Assembly (NCBI GenBank): GCA_037139835.1
Contig: JBAXFQ010000004.1
Location: forward strand, 1-56,555
Source of the DNA: Candidatus Nomurabacteria bacterium
Lineage (GTDB): Bacteria; Patescibacteriota; Minisyncoccia; Phycocordibacterales; UBA9973
DNA length: 56,555 nt
Direction of reading: 5' to 3'
Each line of letters opens with the position of its first letter. The first letter of the stretch is position 1. This document shows positions 1-11,300 of the stretch, piece by piece. Below the pieces are notes generated by a model. The model made no database searches. It was given only the letters and a program-made list of their open reading frames with translations, and had not been told where the DNA came from. The translations under genes were made by a program, and so were the position numbers.

Positions 1-1524
<1,524 letters not shown>

Positions 1525-1737
1525 TTTGAAATCGATCATCTATCTTAATTTATTAAGTAGACCGATCTTATTGAGTCGATATTGTCTGCCTCAATTGAGC
1601 AGACAATGGACATTGATTTTAAGTCCTAAAAGAAATCTGACAAGGAGGGAAAGACCCCTAGAACGGAACAAAATTAAGAAGATTTTTGTTACTTAAATGG
1701 ATGCGAAAGTTTTGATACAAAATATATAAAACAAATT

Positions 1738-1776
1738 AAACAAAAAAGACTCAATACTGAGTCTTTTTTGTTTTTT
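1738..1776 (+). terminator. Intrinsic terminator ending the 16S transcript
   Basis: AAACAAAAAAGACTCA-ATAC-TGAGTCTTTTTTGTTT hairpin with T tract. Confidence 0.8.
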
Positions 1777-1814
1777 AGTGTTATAATTTATTCATATTAT
1801 AATAATTAAATTAT

Positions 1815-3473
1815 ATGACTACACCGGAACTTATAGAATTTATTAAAAATGAATTTGCTTCAGGTATTACACAAGAAGTTATTACAAATAAGTTAAAAAC
1901 TCAAGGCTGGAGCGATTCAGATGTTTTGGAGGCTTTTGAAGTTTTAAATAAAAAATCATTTGGAGATGTCATTGTTAATATTGATAAACCGAAAGAATTT
2001 CCAGTACAGATAAATCAGACGATTTTACCTGTTGATAATAATGTGACCACTTCATCAAAATCTAATTCTCTAAAGATTGTGGTTTCAGTATTCATAATTA
2101 TTCTATTAATTTTAGGTTTTTTTGTTGCTTATGCTTCAGGCATCTTTCTTTCTCCTTCTAAATTTTTCTCTCAGATGATAGATTCATCAAAGAAGAATAC
2201 AAGTTTGTCATTTGATTTTAATTTTACCTTAGATGCTTCAAACATGAAGTCTTTTTCCTCTAAGATAAAGCCAGATTCAGGAATTTCAAATATTTCTTCA
2301 TTTGGTATGTCGGGTAACTTAGACTTAAGTAATACTGAAAATTTGAATCTTAATAATTCTTATTCCTTTAAATCTGGTGGAGTTGAAGCGAATCTAGATT
2401 CAAGAGTTACAAATGGATCTTTATATTTTAGACTTACCAAGGCTCCTAGCTTAGGTTTTATATCTCTTAAACCTTTTGAGAATAAATGGATAGTTTTACC
2501 CTATAAGGATAAAACCGGCAAAATAGAAAATAATCCAGTGTTAAGTATTTCCCCTATAAATCCTGAAATTATAAATAATATTACAGACGAACAAAAAAAG
2601 AGTTTAAATGATTTAGTAAAAAATGCTAGTTTTATAAAGATCACAAAGAAGCATTTACCTCAAATCATGAATGGAAAATTAGTTTATCATTTTGATTTTG
2701 ATATCGATAGAGAGGGAATATCTACTTTTATAAAAGGTTTTACTTCATATCTGAAAGTTATAGACAAGAATAATGTCGTATCTCAGTTTGATACTTCTAA
2801 TTTTGATAAAATATTGAGTGCGATTAAAGAATTTAAAGGAGAAGCATGGATTGGAGTATTCGATAAGCTTCCCTATAAGATAATCGTTAATACAGATATT
2901 TATAATCCGAATGATATAAATGATGGGTATGTTAAAGTTTCAACTACTTTGAATTATTCTGGTTGGAATAAACCAGTGGTAGTAGCAGTACCTACTCAGA
3001 GTATGACTGTTGAAGATTTAGCTAAAGAAGCATTTGGTAATGCTGTTACAACAGATATTCCAACATTACCAGTTGATAATAGTATGGTTTCTTCTAATAA
3101 AGTTAATTCTACTTCTAGTTCTACAATTTCAAATAAAGAAAGTATTACAAAAGTAGATAATAATATTATAACTGATACAAAATTATCAGTAGATAATTCA
3201 ATCAAAAGTATTATATCAAGTATGAGAGCACAAGCAGAAATATTTTATAATAGAGATAAGAATGGTTATAAAGGATTTTGTGCTTCAAAAGGTAATAATG
3301 GAGCTTATAATTTAGCAATTACACTTCCTAAAGGAACAATTTATAAATGTAAAGATTCAGATAAAGAATGGATTGCTACAGCTAAAATATCTAATGGTGA
3401 ATATTTTTGTGCTGATAGTACTGGTTTCTCTTCTCCTTTGAAAAGTTTACCAGTAGATATGATTTGTAAATAA
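1815..3473 (+). CDS. Single-pass membrane protein of unknown function, with a large extracellular domain and a Cys-containing pilin-like C-terminus
   Basis: 552-aa ORF with one hydrophobic segment (IVVSVFIIILLILGFFVAY). The C-terminus SSMRAQAEIFY...FCADSTG resembles CPR pilin-like tails. Confidence 0.75.
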   Translation: MTTPELIEFIKNEFASGITQEVITNKLKTQGWSDSDVLEAFEVLNKKSFGDVIVNIDKPKEFPVQINQTILPVDNNVTTSSKSNSLKIVVSVFIIILLILGFFVAYASGIFLSPSKFFSQMIDSSKKNTSLSFDFNFTLDASNMKSFSSKIKPDSGISNISSFGMSGNLDLSNTENLNLNNSYSFKSGGVEANLDSRVTNGSLYFRLTKAPSLGFISLKPFENKWIVLPYKDKTGKIENNPVLSISPINPEIINNITDEQKKSLNDLVKNASFIKITKKHLPQIMNGKLVYHFDFDIDREGISTFIKGFTSYLKVIDKNNVVSQFDTSNFDKILSAIKEFKGEAWIGVFDKLPYKIIVNTDIYNPNDINDGYVKVSTTLNYSGWNKPVVVAVPTQSMTVEDLAKEAFGNAVTTDIPTLPVDNSMVSSNKVNSTSSSTISNKESITKVDNNIITDTKLSVDNSIKSIISSMRAQAEIFYNRDKNGYKGFCASKGNNGAYNLAITLPKGTIYKCKDSDKEWIATAKISNGEYFCADSTGFSSPLKSLPVDMICK

Positions 3474-3517
3474 ATAACAAAAAATTCTTCGATTTACATC
3501 GAAGAATTTTTTGTTAT
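3474..3517. terminator. Bidirectional intrinsic terminator
   Basis: ATAACAAAAAATTCTTCGAT / ATCGAAGAATTTTTTGTTAT inverted repeat. Confidence 0.8.
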
Positions 3518-3600
3518 GTGCTAAAGTCAGCGGGTGCTAACCTCCAACACAATTGCATATGTGAGTGCAGCCGCTGACTTTAGAACACAACGACTGACTA
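3480..3600 (-). ncRNA. Candidate small RNA 1 (13-bp stem with a 37-nt loop)
   Basis: Perfect stem 3521-3533/3571-3583, minus-strand TATAAT at 3605-3610, and a terminator immediately downstream. Confidence 0.45.
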
Positions 3601-3629
3601 ACTCATTATATATTAAACATATCTAAATA

Positions 3630-3720
3630 CAAAATCCCCTCCGATTGCTCAGAGGGGATTTTGCTATGCAATTGTTTAACTAAAATAAATTTTTATTAAA
3701 CGTTGGAACTTAATCTCACT
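3630..3720 (-). ncRNA. Candidate small RNA 2, divergent from rnpB
   Basis: Minus-strand TTGACA (3755-3750)-17 nt-TATACT (3732-3727), no ORF, and a GC hairpin terminator at 3630-3663. Confidence 0.5.
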
Positions 3721-3778
3721 AAGGGCAGTATAGCAAATATTAGTTGTATTGTCAAGCTTTTTATGGTATAACATATAT

Positions 3779-4245
3779 AGGTTTGTATTCTGATAGATGC
3801 GCCAATTTTAATTGGTGAGGAAAGTCCGAACACATAGTCTATTTAATTAGACAAATGTAGTGGGTAATACCCATCATGAGCAATCATCGAGGTGCGAGCA
3901 GAGACGCTATAAACCCGAAAGGGAATAGTATCCTCTACGAAAGTAAAGGATAAGTCTTCATATAAATTCGCAAGAATTAAATTGAAGAGTGAAACGGCTA
4001 AATCCTTACATGTGTGCAAGATCGTGCCCCCACACCCATATTTTCATTTTCTGATTAGATAAATTATTTGTTTAGATAATCATAATTTTATAAATGAAAT
4101 AAATATACAAAATATTTATTTTGGAAAAATAATGAAAATATAGGTGTGGGGGAGAATCGCTTGAGGTGTAGAGTAATTTACATCCTAGATAAATATCTAT
4201 CACTCTAGAAATAGAGAACAGAATTCGGCTTATAGATACAAACTA
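3779..4245 (+). ncRNA. rnpB: RNase P RNA with an AT-rich expansion
   Basis: GAGGAAAGTCCG and AACAGAATTCGGCTTAT (P4 halves), AGTGAAACGGCTAAATC, P1 pairing GTTTGTAT/ATACAAAC, a TTGTAT-17-TATAAC promoter upstream and a terminator downstream. Confidence 0.95.
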
Positions 4246-4246
4246 A

Positions 4247-4297
4247 ATAAATGAAAAACACCTTGTCCAAAGCATGGTGTTTTTCATTTATTTTTTT
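4247..4297 (+). terminator. rnpB terminator
   Basis: ATAAATGAAAAACACC...GGTGTTTTTCATTTATTTTTT. Confidence 0.75.
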
Positions 4298-4564
4298 AAA
4301 TAACAAAAAATTAATTAATAAATAATTTTTTGTTATTTAAAATATTTTAAATTAAAATTATTTATTAAAATAAAAAATATTTTTTTAAAAAAATAAAAAG
4401 TTATCCACACATTTTTACGTAAAAAGTATTGCAGTAATTTCTTTTATGTTAGATAATATATGTGTGAGTGTGATAAATTTTTTTTACAAAATATTTTCTT
4501 TATAAAAATTTTGTAAGGTCGTGAAGTCACACATCTTTTAAAAATAATTTAATTTTTTAAATAT

Positions 4565-4654
4565 ATGGCAGCAAAAAAGAAGGCAGTTAAAAAAGCAGTT
4601 AAAAAAGTAGCTAAAAAAGCAGTTAAAAAAGTAGCAAAGAAAGGAAAGAAGTAA
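4565..4654 (+). CDS. 29-aa Lys/Ala-rich histone H1-like microprotein (MAAKKKAVKKAVKKVAKKAVKKVAKKGKK)
   Basis: Hand-translated ORF missing from the track, with its own promoter-like signal upstream and a terminator at 4676-4709. Confidence 0.8.
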   Translation: MAAKKKAVKKAVKKVAKKAVKKVAKKGKK

Positions 4655-4675
4655 TTCTACCTTACGTAACTTTTA

Positions 4676-4709
4676 AGAAAATCCCCTCTCTATCGGGGAT
4701 TTTCTTTTT
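4676..4709 (+). terminator. Intrinsic terminator
   Basis: AAGAAAATCCCC...GGGGATTTTCTTTTT. Confidence 0.8.
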
Positions 4710-4734
4710 GTGCTAAAATGGCCTTTATATGAGT

Positions 4735-4850
4735 CCCGTTAGAAGCTGAGGTTACGATTGTCTACGGGGTAAATATAGTTATTTTATTGGGATTAATTTG
4801 GTGGGTACTATCATTAATTAAAATAATGATCGCGACCTGCTTCTAACGGG
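4735..4850. mobile_element. 116-bp MITE-like element at the secA start
   Basis: Terminal inverted repeats CCCGTTAGAAGC / GCTTCTAACGGG, flanked by the direct repeat ATGAGT (4729-4734, 4851-4856). Confidence 0.7.
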
Positions 4851-7322
4851 ATGAGTATAATAGAAAACATATTTGGAAATGAGAATGATAGGCAGATAAA
4901 AAAGTGGAAGCCTTTGGTTGATAAAATAAATCAATTAGAGCCTGAAATAAAAGCCCTTGCTGATACTGACTTTGCTTTTAAGACTCAAGAATTAAAAGAT
5001 AAGCTATCTAAGGGTAGTACTCTTGAAGATATACTGCCAGAGGCTTTTTCTTTGGTTCGTGAAGTTTTCTCTCGAGTTTATAATCAGAGACATTATGATG
5101 TTCAATTGATAGGAGGTATGGCACTACACAATGGAAGTATAGCTGAGATGCGCACCGGTGAAGGTAAAACTCAAATGGCGACTCTTCCTGCATATTTAAA
5201 TTCATTGACTGGTAAGGGTGTCCACATAATTACCGTAAACGATTATCTTTCTCGTCGTGACGCTGTTTGGATGGGTCCAGCTTTTGCTATGCTTGGAGTT
5301 TCTGTTGCCGTTGTTAATTCAGAAAATAAATCATATTTATTTGATCCTACTCATATGGATAAGATTAGTGAGAGTGAAGAAGAAACTAGCTCTTTTAAAG
5401 TTCAGTATGAATTTCTCCGTCCTTGTTCAAGAACAGAAGGTTATGCTGCAGATATAACTTATGGAACAAATAATGAATTTGGTTTTGATTTTCTTCGCGA
5501 TAATTTAGCAAATAGTATGGGTGATATTGTTCAAAGAGGTCACCACTATGCTATTGTTGACGAGGTAGACTCTATCTTGATAGATGAGTCTCGTACTCCA
5601 CTTATTATTTCATCTGCTGCTGAAGATTCAGAAGATTTATATTATACATTCGCAGATATAGCAAAAAGTTTGAAACCAGAAGATGATTATACTGTAGACG
5701 AAAAGCTCCGTGCCATATCTCTAACTGATGCAGGTATAACAAAAGCTGAAGATTTATTAGGAATAAAAGATATATATACTCAGAAAGGAATAAAGTATGT
5801 TCATCATTTAGAAACAGCAGTAAAAGCTAGAGCACTGTATGAAAATAATAAAGACTATGTTGTTAAAGATGGCGAAGTTATTATTGTTGATGCATTTACT
5901 GGACGTATGCAGCCAGGTAGACGTTGGAGTGAAGGACTTCACCAAGCTATAGAAGCCAAAGAAGGTGTAAAGATAGAGAAGGAGACTCGAGCTGTCGCAT
6001 CTATTACTTTCCAGAATTATTTCAGATTCTATAATAAACTTTCTGGTATGACAGGTACAGCCGAAACTTCAAAAGAAGAGTTCTTTAAAGTTTATGGTTT
6101 AAATGTAGTAGTAATTCCTACACATAGAGAGATAAATAGAAAAGACCACAATGATCTAATATACCAAACAGAAAAAGCCAAGTTACTAGCTGTCGCAGGA
6201 AGAGTTAAGGAACTTCATCAAAAAGGCCAGCCTGTTTTGATTGGTACTGTCTCTATTGAGAAGAATGAACTTCTCTCTGCATATCTAACTCAAGCAGGAA
6301 TCCCTCATACGATATTGAATGCTAAGAATCACGAAAGAGAAGGTGAGATTATTGCAAATGCTGGACGTCATGGTGCAGTAACTGTCGCTACGAACATGGC
6401 AGGACGTGGAGTTGATATTAAATTAGGAGGTGTGCCTTATAGTTTAGAAGCTTATGATAAGGTAAAAGCCTTGGGTGGACTATTTGTCCTAGGAACAGAA
6501 AGACACGAAGCACGTAGAATAGATAATCAGCTTCGAGGTAGATCTGGTCGTCAGGGAGATCCAGGAGAAACTCAATTTTATGTATCACTTGAAGACGATT
6601 TGATGCGTATATTCGGATCAGACCGTTTGAAAAGTATGATGGGTAAACTTGGTATACCAGAAGATCAGCCTATTGAGAATCGTTTCATCTCAAATGCGAT
6701 AGAAGGAGCCCAGGCCAAGATAGAAGGATTTCATTTTGATTCAAGAAAGCATACTTTGGAATACGACAATGTTATGAATCATCAACGTAATGTCATTTAT
6801 GGAAGAAGACGCGCTATGCTCTCAGGAGATTATGAAAAGATACAATCATTCTTGGATGAATTAGTCATTGAGTATCCAAAGTTGATAGATACAATAAAAG
6901 AGAAAAGAGATGGGGCAGGGGAAGCTACATTTTTCGAGACAGTTCGTCGTATAATTCTTTATATTACAGATACACTTTGGGTAGAACATCTAGAGACTAT
7001 GGAATATACTCGATCCTCTGTAAACCTTCGTGCTTATGGTCAGCGTGAACCATTGATTGAATACAAAAAGGAAGGACTAAGATTATTCAGAGAAATGGAA
7101 GCAGTATTCAAAGAGCAGGTTTCCTCACTTATTTCTACTATGAATGTAGGAACAGAGAGGTCAGATGAGCAGTTAATAGAAGAAAGACCAGCTTTAATAT
7201 TGAATTCAAGCGATGAAGGGAACACTCCCGAGAGGAGAGATGCTCCAAAAGTGGGACGTAACGACCCTTGTCCTTGTGGTTCTGGCAAGAAATATAAACA
7301 ATGCCATGGAAAAGATAAATAG
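4851..7322 (+). CDS. secA: Preprotein translocase subunit SecA
   Basis: MRTGEGKT Walker [32 protein letters not shown] and a C-terminal SEC-C motif ([19 protein letters not shown]). Confidence 0.99.
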   Translation: MSIIENIFGNENDRQIKKWKPLVDKINQLEPEIKALADTDFAFKTQELKDKLSKGSTLEDILPEAFSLVREVFSRVYNQRHYDVQLIGGMALHNGSIAEMRTGEGKTQMATLPAYLNSLTGKGVHIITVNDYLSRRDAVWMGPAFAMLGVSVAVVNSENKSYLFDPTHMDKISESEEETSSFKVQYEFLRPCSRTEGYAADITYGTNNEFGFDFLRDNLANSMGDIVQRGHHYAIVDEVDSILIDESRTPLIISSAAEDSEDLYYTFADIAKSLKPEDDYTVDEKLRAISLTDAGITKAEDLLGIKDIYTQKGIKYVHHLETAVKARALYENNKDYVVKDGEVIIVDAFTGRMQPGRRWSEGLHQAIEAKEGVKIEKETRAVASITFQNYFRFYNKLSGMTGTAETSKEEFFKVYGLNVVVIPTHREINRKDHNDLIYQTEKAKLLAVAGRVKELHQKGQPVLIGTVSIEKNELLSAYLTQAGIPHTILNAKNHEREGEIIANAGRHGAVTVATNMAGRGVDIKLGGVPYSLEAYDKVKALGGLFVLGTERHEARRIDNQLRGRSGRQGDPGETQFYVSLEDDLMRIFGSDRLKSMMGKLGIPEDQPIENRFISNAIEGAQAKIEGFHFDSRKHTLEYDNVMNHQRNVIYGRRRAMLSGDYEKIQSFLDELVIEYPKLIDTIKEKRDGAGEATFFETVRRIILYITDTLWVEHLETMEYTRSSVNLRAYGQREPLIEYKKEGLRLFREMEAVFKEQVSSLISTMNVGTERSDEQLIEERPALILNSSDEGNTPERRDAPKVGRNDPCPCGSGKKYKQCHGKDK

Positions 7323-7442
7323 CAAAAAGCCTTATAAATCAAGCTTTTTATGAAACAAAAGGGGATTATTGTCAAAATTGTCACAAAAACCCTATTTTAA
7401 AGGCTTATTTTGATACATATATGAAATATTGTCAATGAACAA

Positions 7443-7482
7443 AATACAAAATACCCTTATATAATAAGGGTATTTTGTATTT
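7443..7482. terminator. Hairpin or terminator downstream of secA
   Basis: AATACAAAATACCCTTAT / ATAAGGGTATTTTGTATT inverted repeat. Confidence 0.6.
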
Positions 7483-7495
7483 GACACTACCAAAA

Positions 7496-7539
7496 ACCAT
7501 TGTATAACCATTGACTTTTGTAGACCATTGTGCTACTAT
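7496..7539 (+). promoter_or_regulatory. Sigma70 promoter overlapped by three ACCATTG direct repeats
   Basis: TTGACT (7511)-17 nt-TACTAT (7534), with ACCATTG at 7496, 7507 and 7524. Confidence 0.6.
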
Positions 7540-7660
7540 GTAGGGAGTTCCAAGTATGTTGTCATAAGGATGATATATAAGGAATTTTTTACTTTAGATT
7601 CATTTTATGAGTTTGAGTAGAACTCGAAAGAGCGTCCGACGGTACGTACAATCGTCAACT

Positions 7661-8245
7661 ATGAGCAAACAACAAATAATACGTTACTTGCAGTCGATAG
7701 TTGCAATTCCTATGTTAGCAGTAGCAATACCGCTTACAGGAATCCAAAGCATATCAGACACGACTCCAGCTAACGATAATACTGTTGAGACATCAGTTTC
7801 TACGATAACCACGCAAGAAAAGGATGAACTCAAAAAACAAGCGGATCATATAGATGCATTTTTTGAATCTCACGATGCTCCACTTGAGGGATATGGTATG
7901 AAGTTCGCAGTAGAAGCCAAAAAGAATGATATAGATTGGAGATTACTCCCAGCTATAGCTATGAGAGAGACTACAGGAGGAAAACAAGCATGTAAGAATC
8001 CTAAAGCTCCTAACAACAATTTTGGTTGGTCTTCATGTAAAAAGGGATTTGATTCAGTTGATCAATCAATTGAACATATATCTAAAACTTTGAGCGGAAA
8101 TAATCCCGATGCGCCACATTATAAAGATGGGATGACTACAGTTCAAATACTAAAAAGATATAATCCAGACTCTATCGTTCCTGGATATTCCAAACAGGTT
8201 ATAAAGTTAATGAAAGCTATAGATAGCGATGAAGCTATAATTTAA
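7661..8245 (+). CDS. Secreted lysozyme-superfamily (glucosaminidase-like) cell-wall hydrolase
   Basis: N-terminal hydrophobic segment, plus AKKNDIDWRLLPAIAMRETTGGK, NNFGW and YNP motifs. Start moved from 7607 to the ATG at 7661. Confidence 0.7.
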   Translation: MSKQQIIRYLQSIVAIPMLAVAIPLTGIQSISDTTPANDNTVETSVSTITTQEKDELKKQADHIDAFFESHDAPLEGYGMKFAVEAKKNDIDWRLLPAIAMRETTGGKQACKNPKAPNNNFGWSSCKKGFDSVDQSIEHISKTLSGNNPDAPHYKDGMTTVQILKRYNPDSIVPGYSKQVIKLMKAIDSDEAII

Positions 8246-8252
8246 TTAAAAC

Positions 8253-8302
8253 AAAAAATAAATAGCCCTGACGACTAGTCGTCAGGGCTATTTATTTTTT
8301 TT
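8253..8302. terminator. Bidirectional terminator
   Basis: AAAAAATAAATAGCCCTGACGAC-TA-GTCGTCAGGGCTATTTATTTTTT between convergent genes. Confidence 0.85.
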
Positions 8303-11300
8303 AATTTCCGTTTGGTTTTTTAAGACCCTCTATCATAATACTTTTTTCTCCATTTCTTTCAGTTATTTTACCTTGATAAGCGATAATATGATCTTTTTCG
8401 AGTAACTCTTTATTTGCTTCGAATAATTTACTAAATACAACTGCATCTATAGATCCTGTATCGTCAGACACTTTAAGAAAGGCCATACGATCATTCTTTT
8501 TTGTGGTTACTATTTTTACTTCATCTATGATTACTACGGATTTAATAGGAGAATTCACTTTTAGTGATTCCAATATATTTTTAATAAAGACACCAAACTT
8601 TTCAATTTTATCTTTATAGGCACTTAATGGATGCCCTGAAACATATAGTCCTAGTAAGTCTTTTTCCCAAGTTAACTTTTCCTGGAATGTTTCTTCAGGA
8701 ACATCATCTAATGATAATTTAACCTCTATACCTCCAATGGAGCCAAAGAGTGATTCTTGTGATCCTGTACCTCTTGTTTCTTTATTGAAGGCCAATAATT
8801 TTTCTAGATTACCCATAACCATATTTCGGTGATTTACAAATTCATCCATTGCTCCGCATTTTGCTAATGCTTCTATAGATTTCTTGTTTAAATTTTTGTG
8901 GTTTATTCTTTCTAAAAAATCAGCCATTGATTTATATTTACCATTTATCTTTCTCTCTTCTATAATAGCGTCAGCGATATCAACTCCAAGATTCTTAATA
9001 TTGTAAAATCCGAAGCGGATGGTTCTATCCGTCTCATAATTACTTCCTTTAATTACAGTAAAGCCACCAAAACTTTCATTTATATTTGGAGGTAAGACCT
9101 TGATACCCATCTTTTCACATTCGTGAATTATTTCTGCAACTTTTTCTATGTCACCTGATTCGGAAGTCATGATCGCTGTCATATACTCTACGGGATAGTT
9201 TGCTTTCATATATGCAGTCTGGTATGCTACGAGTCCATAACTAGCGGCATGAGCCTTATTGAATCCATAGGCAGCGAATGGCTCGATCAGTGTCCAGAAT
9301 TCTTGAGCTTTTTTATCAGTCATACCATTTTTAACGAAGCCTTCTAAAAGTTTACCTTTTTCCGCTTCCATGACTTCAGGGATTTTCTTTCCCATAGCCT
9401 TACGGAGTTTGTCTGCTTCAAGCCAAGAATAACCAGCGAGCTTAATAGCCGTCATCATAACATCATCCTGATAAGTAATAACCCCGAAGGATTGATCGAG
9501 AATATCTTTAAGACGAGGGTCTAGGTAAGTTATAGCTCTTGGATTATGTTTTCTTTTTATGTATTCAGGGATAGATTCCATCGGTCCAGGACGGTAAAGG
9601 GCAACCATAGCATTGATATCGTGAATAGTAGAAGGACGAAGTTCCTTTAAATATCTAGTCATACCAGAGCCATTTAGTTGGAAAAGTCCCATAGTTTCAC
9701 CTTTAGATAGAAGCTCGAAAGTTAGCTTGTCATCTAGGGGTATAGTATCTATGTCTATCTCAACTTTATGTATAGCTCTAACTAGTCTTACCGCTTCTGC
9801 AAGTATAGAAAGGTTACGAATCCCGAGGAAGTCGAATTTAGGCAATCCTGCATCCTCAATACTGTACATGTCGTACTGGGTAATTATATTTCCACCTTTA
9901 GGGTCGAACTGAACAGGGGAGAATTCGTAAAGTGGACGAGGGGCCATGACGACCCCCGCAGCGTGGACAGAGATGTGTCTGACACATCCTTCCATTTTTT
10001 TAGCAAGGTCAATAATTTTCTTTGTATCAGGTTCTGTCTTATAAGCAGCTTTTAGTTCTGGTACTATTTTAATAGCATGGTCGATAGTCATAGCAGTTCC
10101 TTGAGAACCGAGTGGTATCATCGAAGAGATACGATCACCGATACTGTATGGATAGCCGAGTGCCCTCGCTACATCTTTGACGGATCCTTTAGCCATCATT
10201 GTTCCAAAAGTTCCTATCTGTGCAACTTTATCTTCGCCATATTTTCTTTTTGCATAAGCGATTATTTCATCTCGTCTGTTATCAGCGTAGTCCATATCTA
10301 TATCGGGTAATGACGGACGTTCTGGGTTTAAGAATCTTTCGAATGGAAGTTTATATGTCATCGGGTCAACCTTTGTAATCCCAGTTAGGTAAGTAGTAAG
10401 AGAGCCAGCGACAGATCCTCGGATATTTGTATAAATACCATTTTCTTTTGCGTATTTTAGAAGGTCTGAAACAACTAAGAAGTAAGCTGGATAGCCTTTC
10501 TGTTTTATTATTTTAAGTTCATATTCTAATCTATCTATATATACTTGGGTTTTTTCAAGTTTTCTCATTGCAAATCCATCGTATGCAAGCTCTCTTAAAA
10601 CTTCATCTGCAGTTTGACCTTCAGGTATAGGAAAGTCTGGGAAGTAGGCTGTTCCTAATTCTAGATCATAATCTTCACATAAGTCAGCTACCATTTTCGC
10701 ATTTCTTACAGCTTCAGGAATATCCTTGAAATATTTTAGCGCAGTTTTTTCATCGATAAGAGAAAAATCATCAACACCAAATTCTAGTCCTGTTCCTTCC
10801 TTACCACTTATAACTCCAGTGTTCACAGCAAGAAGTGTGCTGTGAGCATCATGATCATCAATACAAAGATAGTGAGAATCTTGTCCTGCTACTACTGGGA
10901 TATTCCATTTTTTACCCAAGGCTATAATTCCCTTACGAAGTAATTCATCATTTTCTACGTGAGGATGTGAGTGAACTTCTAGAAAATAATTTTCTTTACC
11001 GAAAATTTCTTGATGTTCTTTTATGAGTTCATTTGCTTTTTCTAAATTGTTAGCTAAGACAGCACGGGAAAGCTGGCTACCCATACATCCAGACAGACAA
11101 ATAATACCCTCGCTAAATTGTCGAAGAATTTCTTTGTCCATGCGAGGTTTGTAGTAGTAACCTTCAAGGTTCGCAATAGTGACTAAACGCATCAGATTCT
11201 TATATCCTTGCTTAGTCCTGGCAAGAAGGGTCAGATGGTAGCGCTTGTTATCTACTCCTGGTTCTTTGTCGGCTCTACCTCTCTCTGCTATATACGCTTC

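Noticed and set aside
4298-4440. Very AT-rich tract with a DnaA box (TTATCCACA, 4401-4409) as a possible oriC
   Set aside because: I saw only one perfect box, there is no dnaA or dnaN nearby, and skew cannot be assessed. Another isolated box occurs at 20402.
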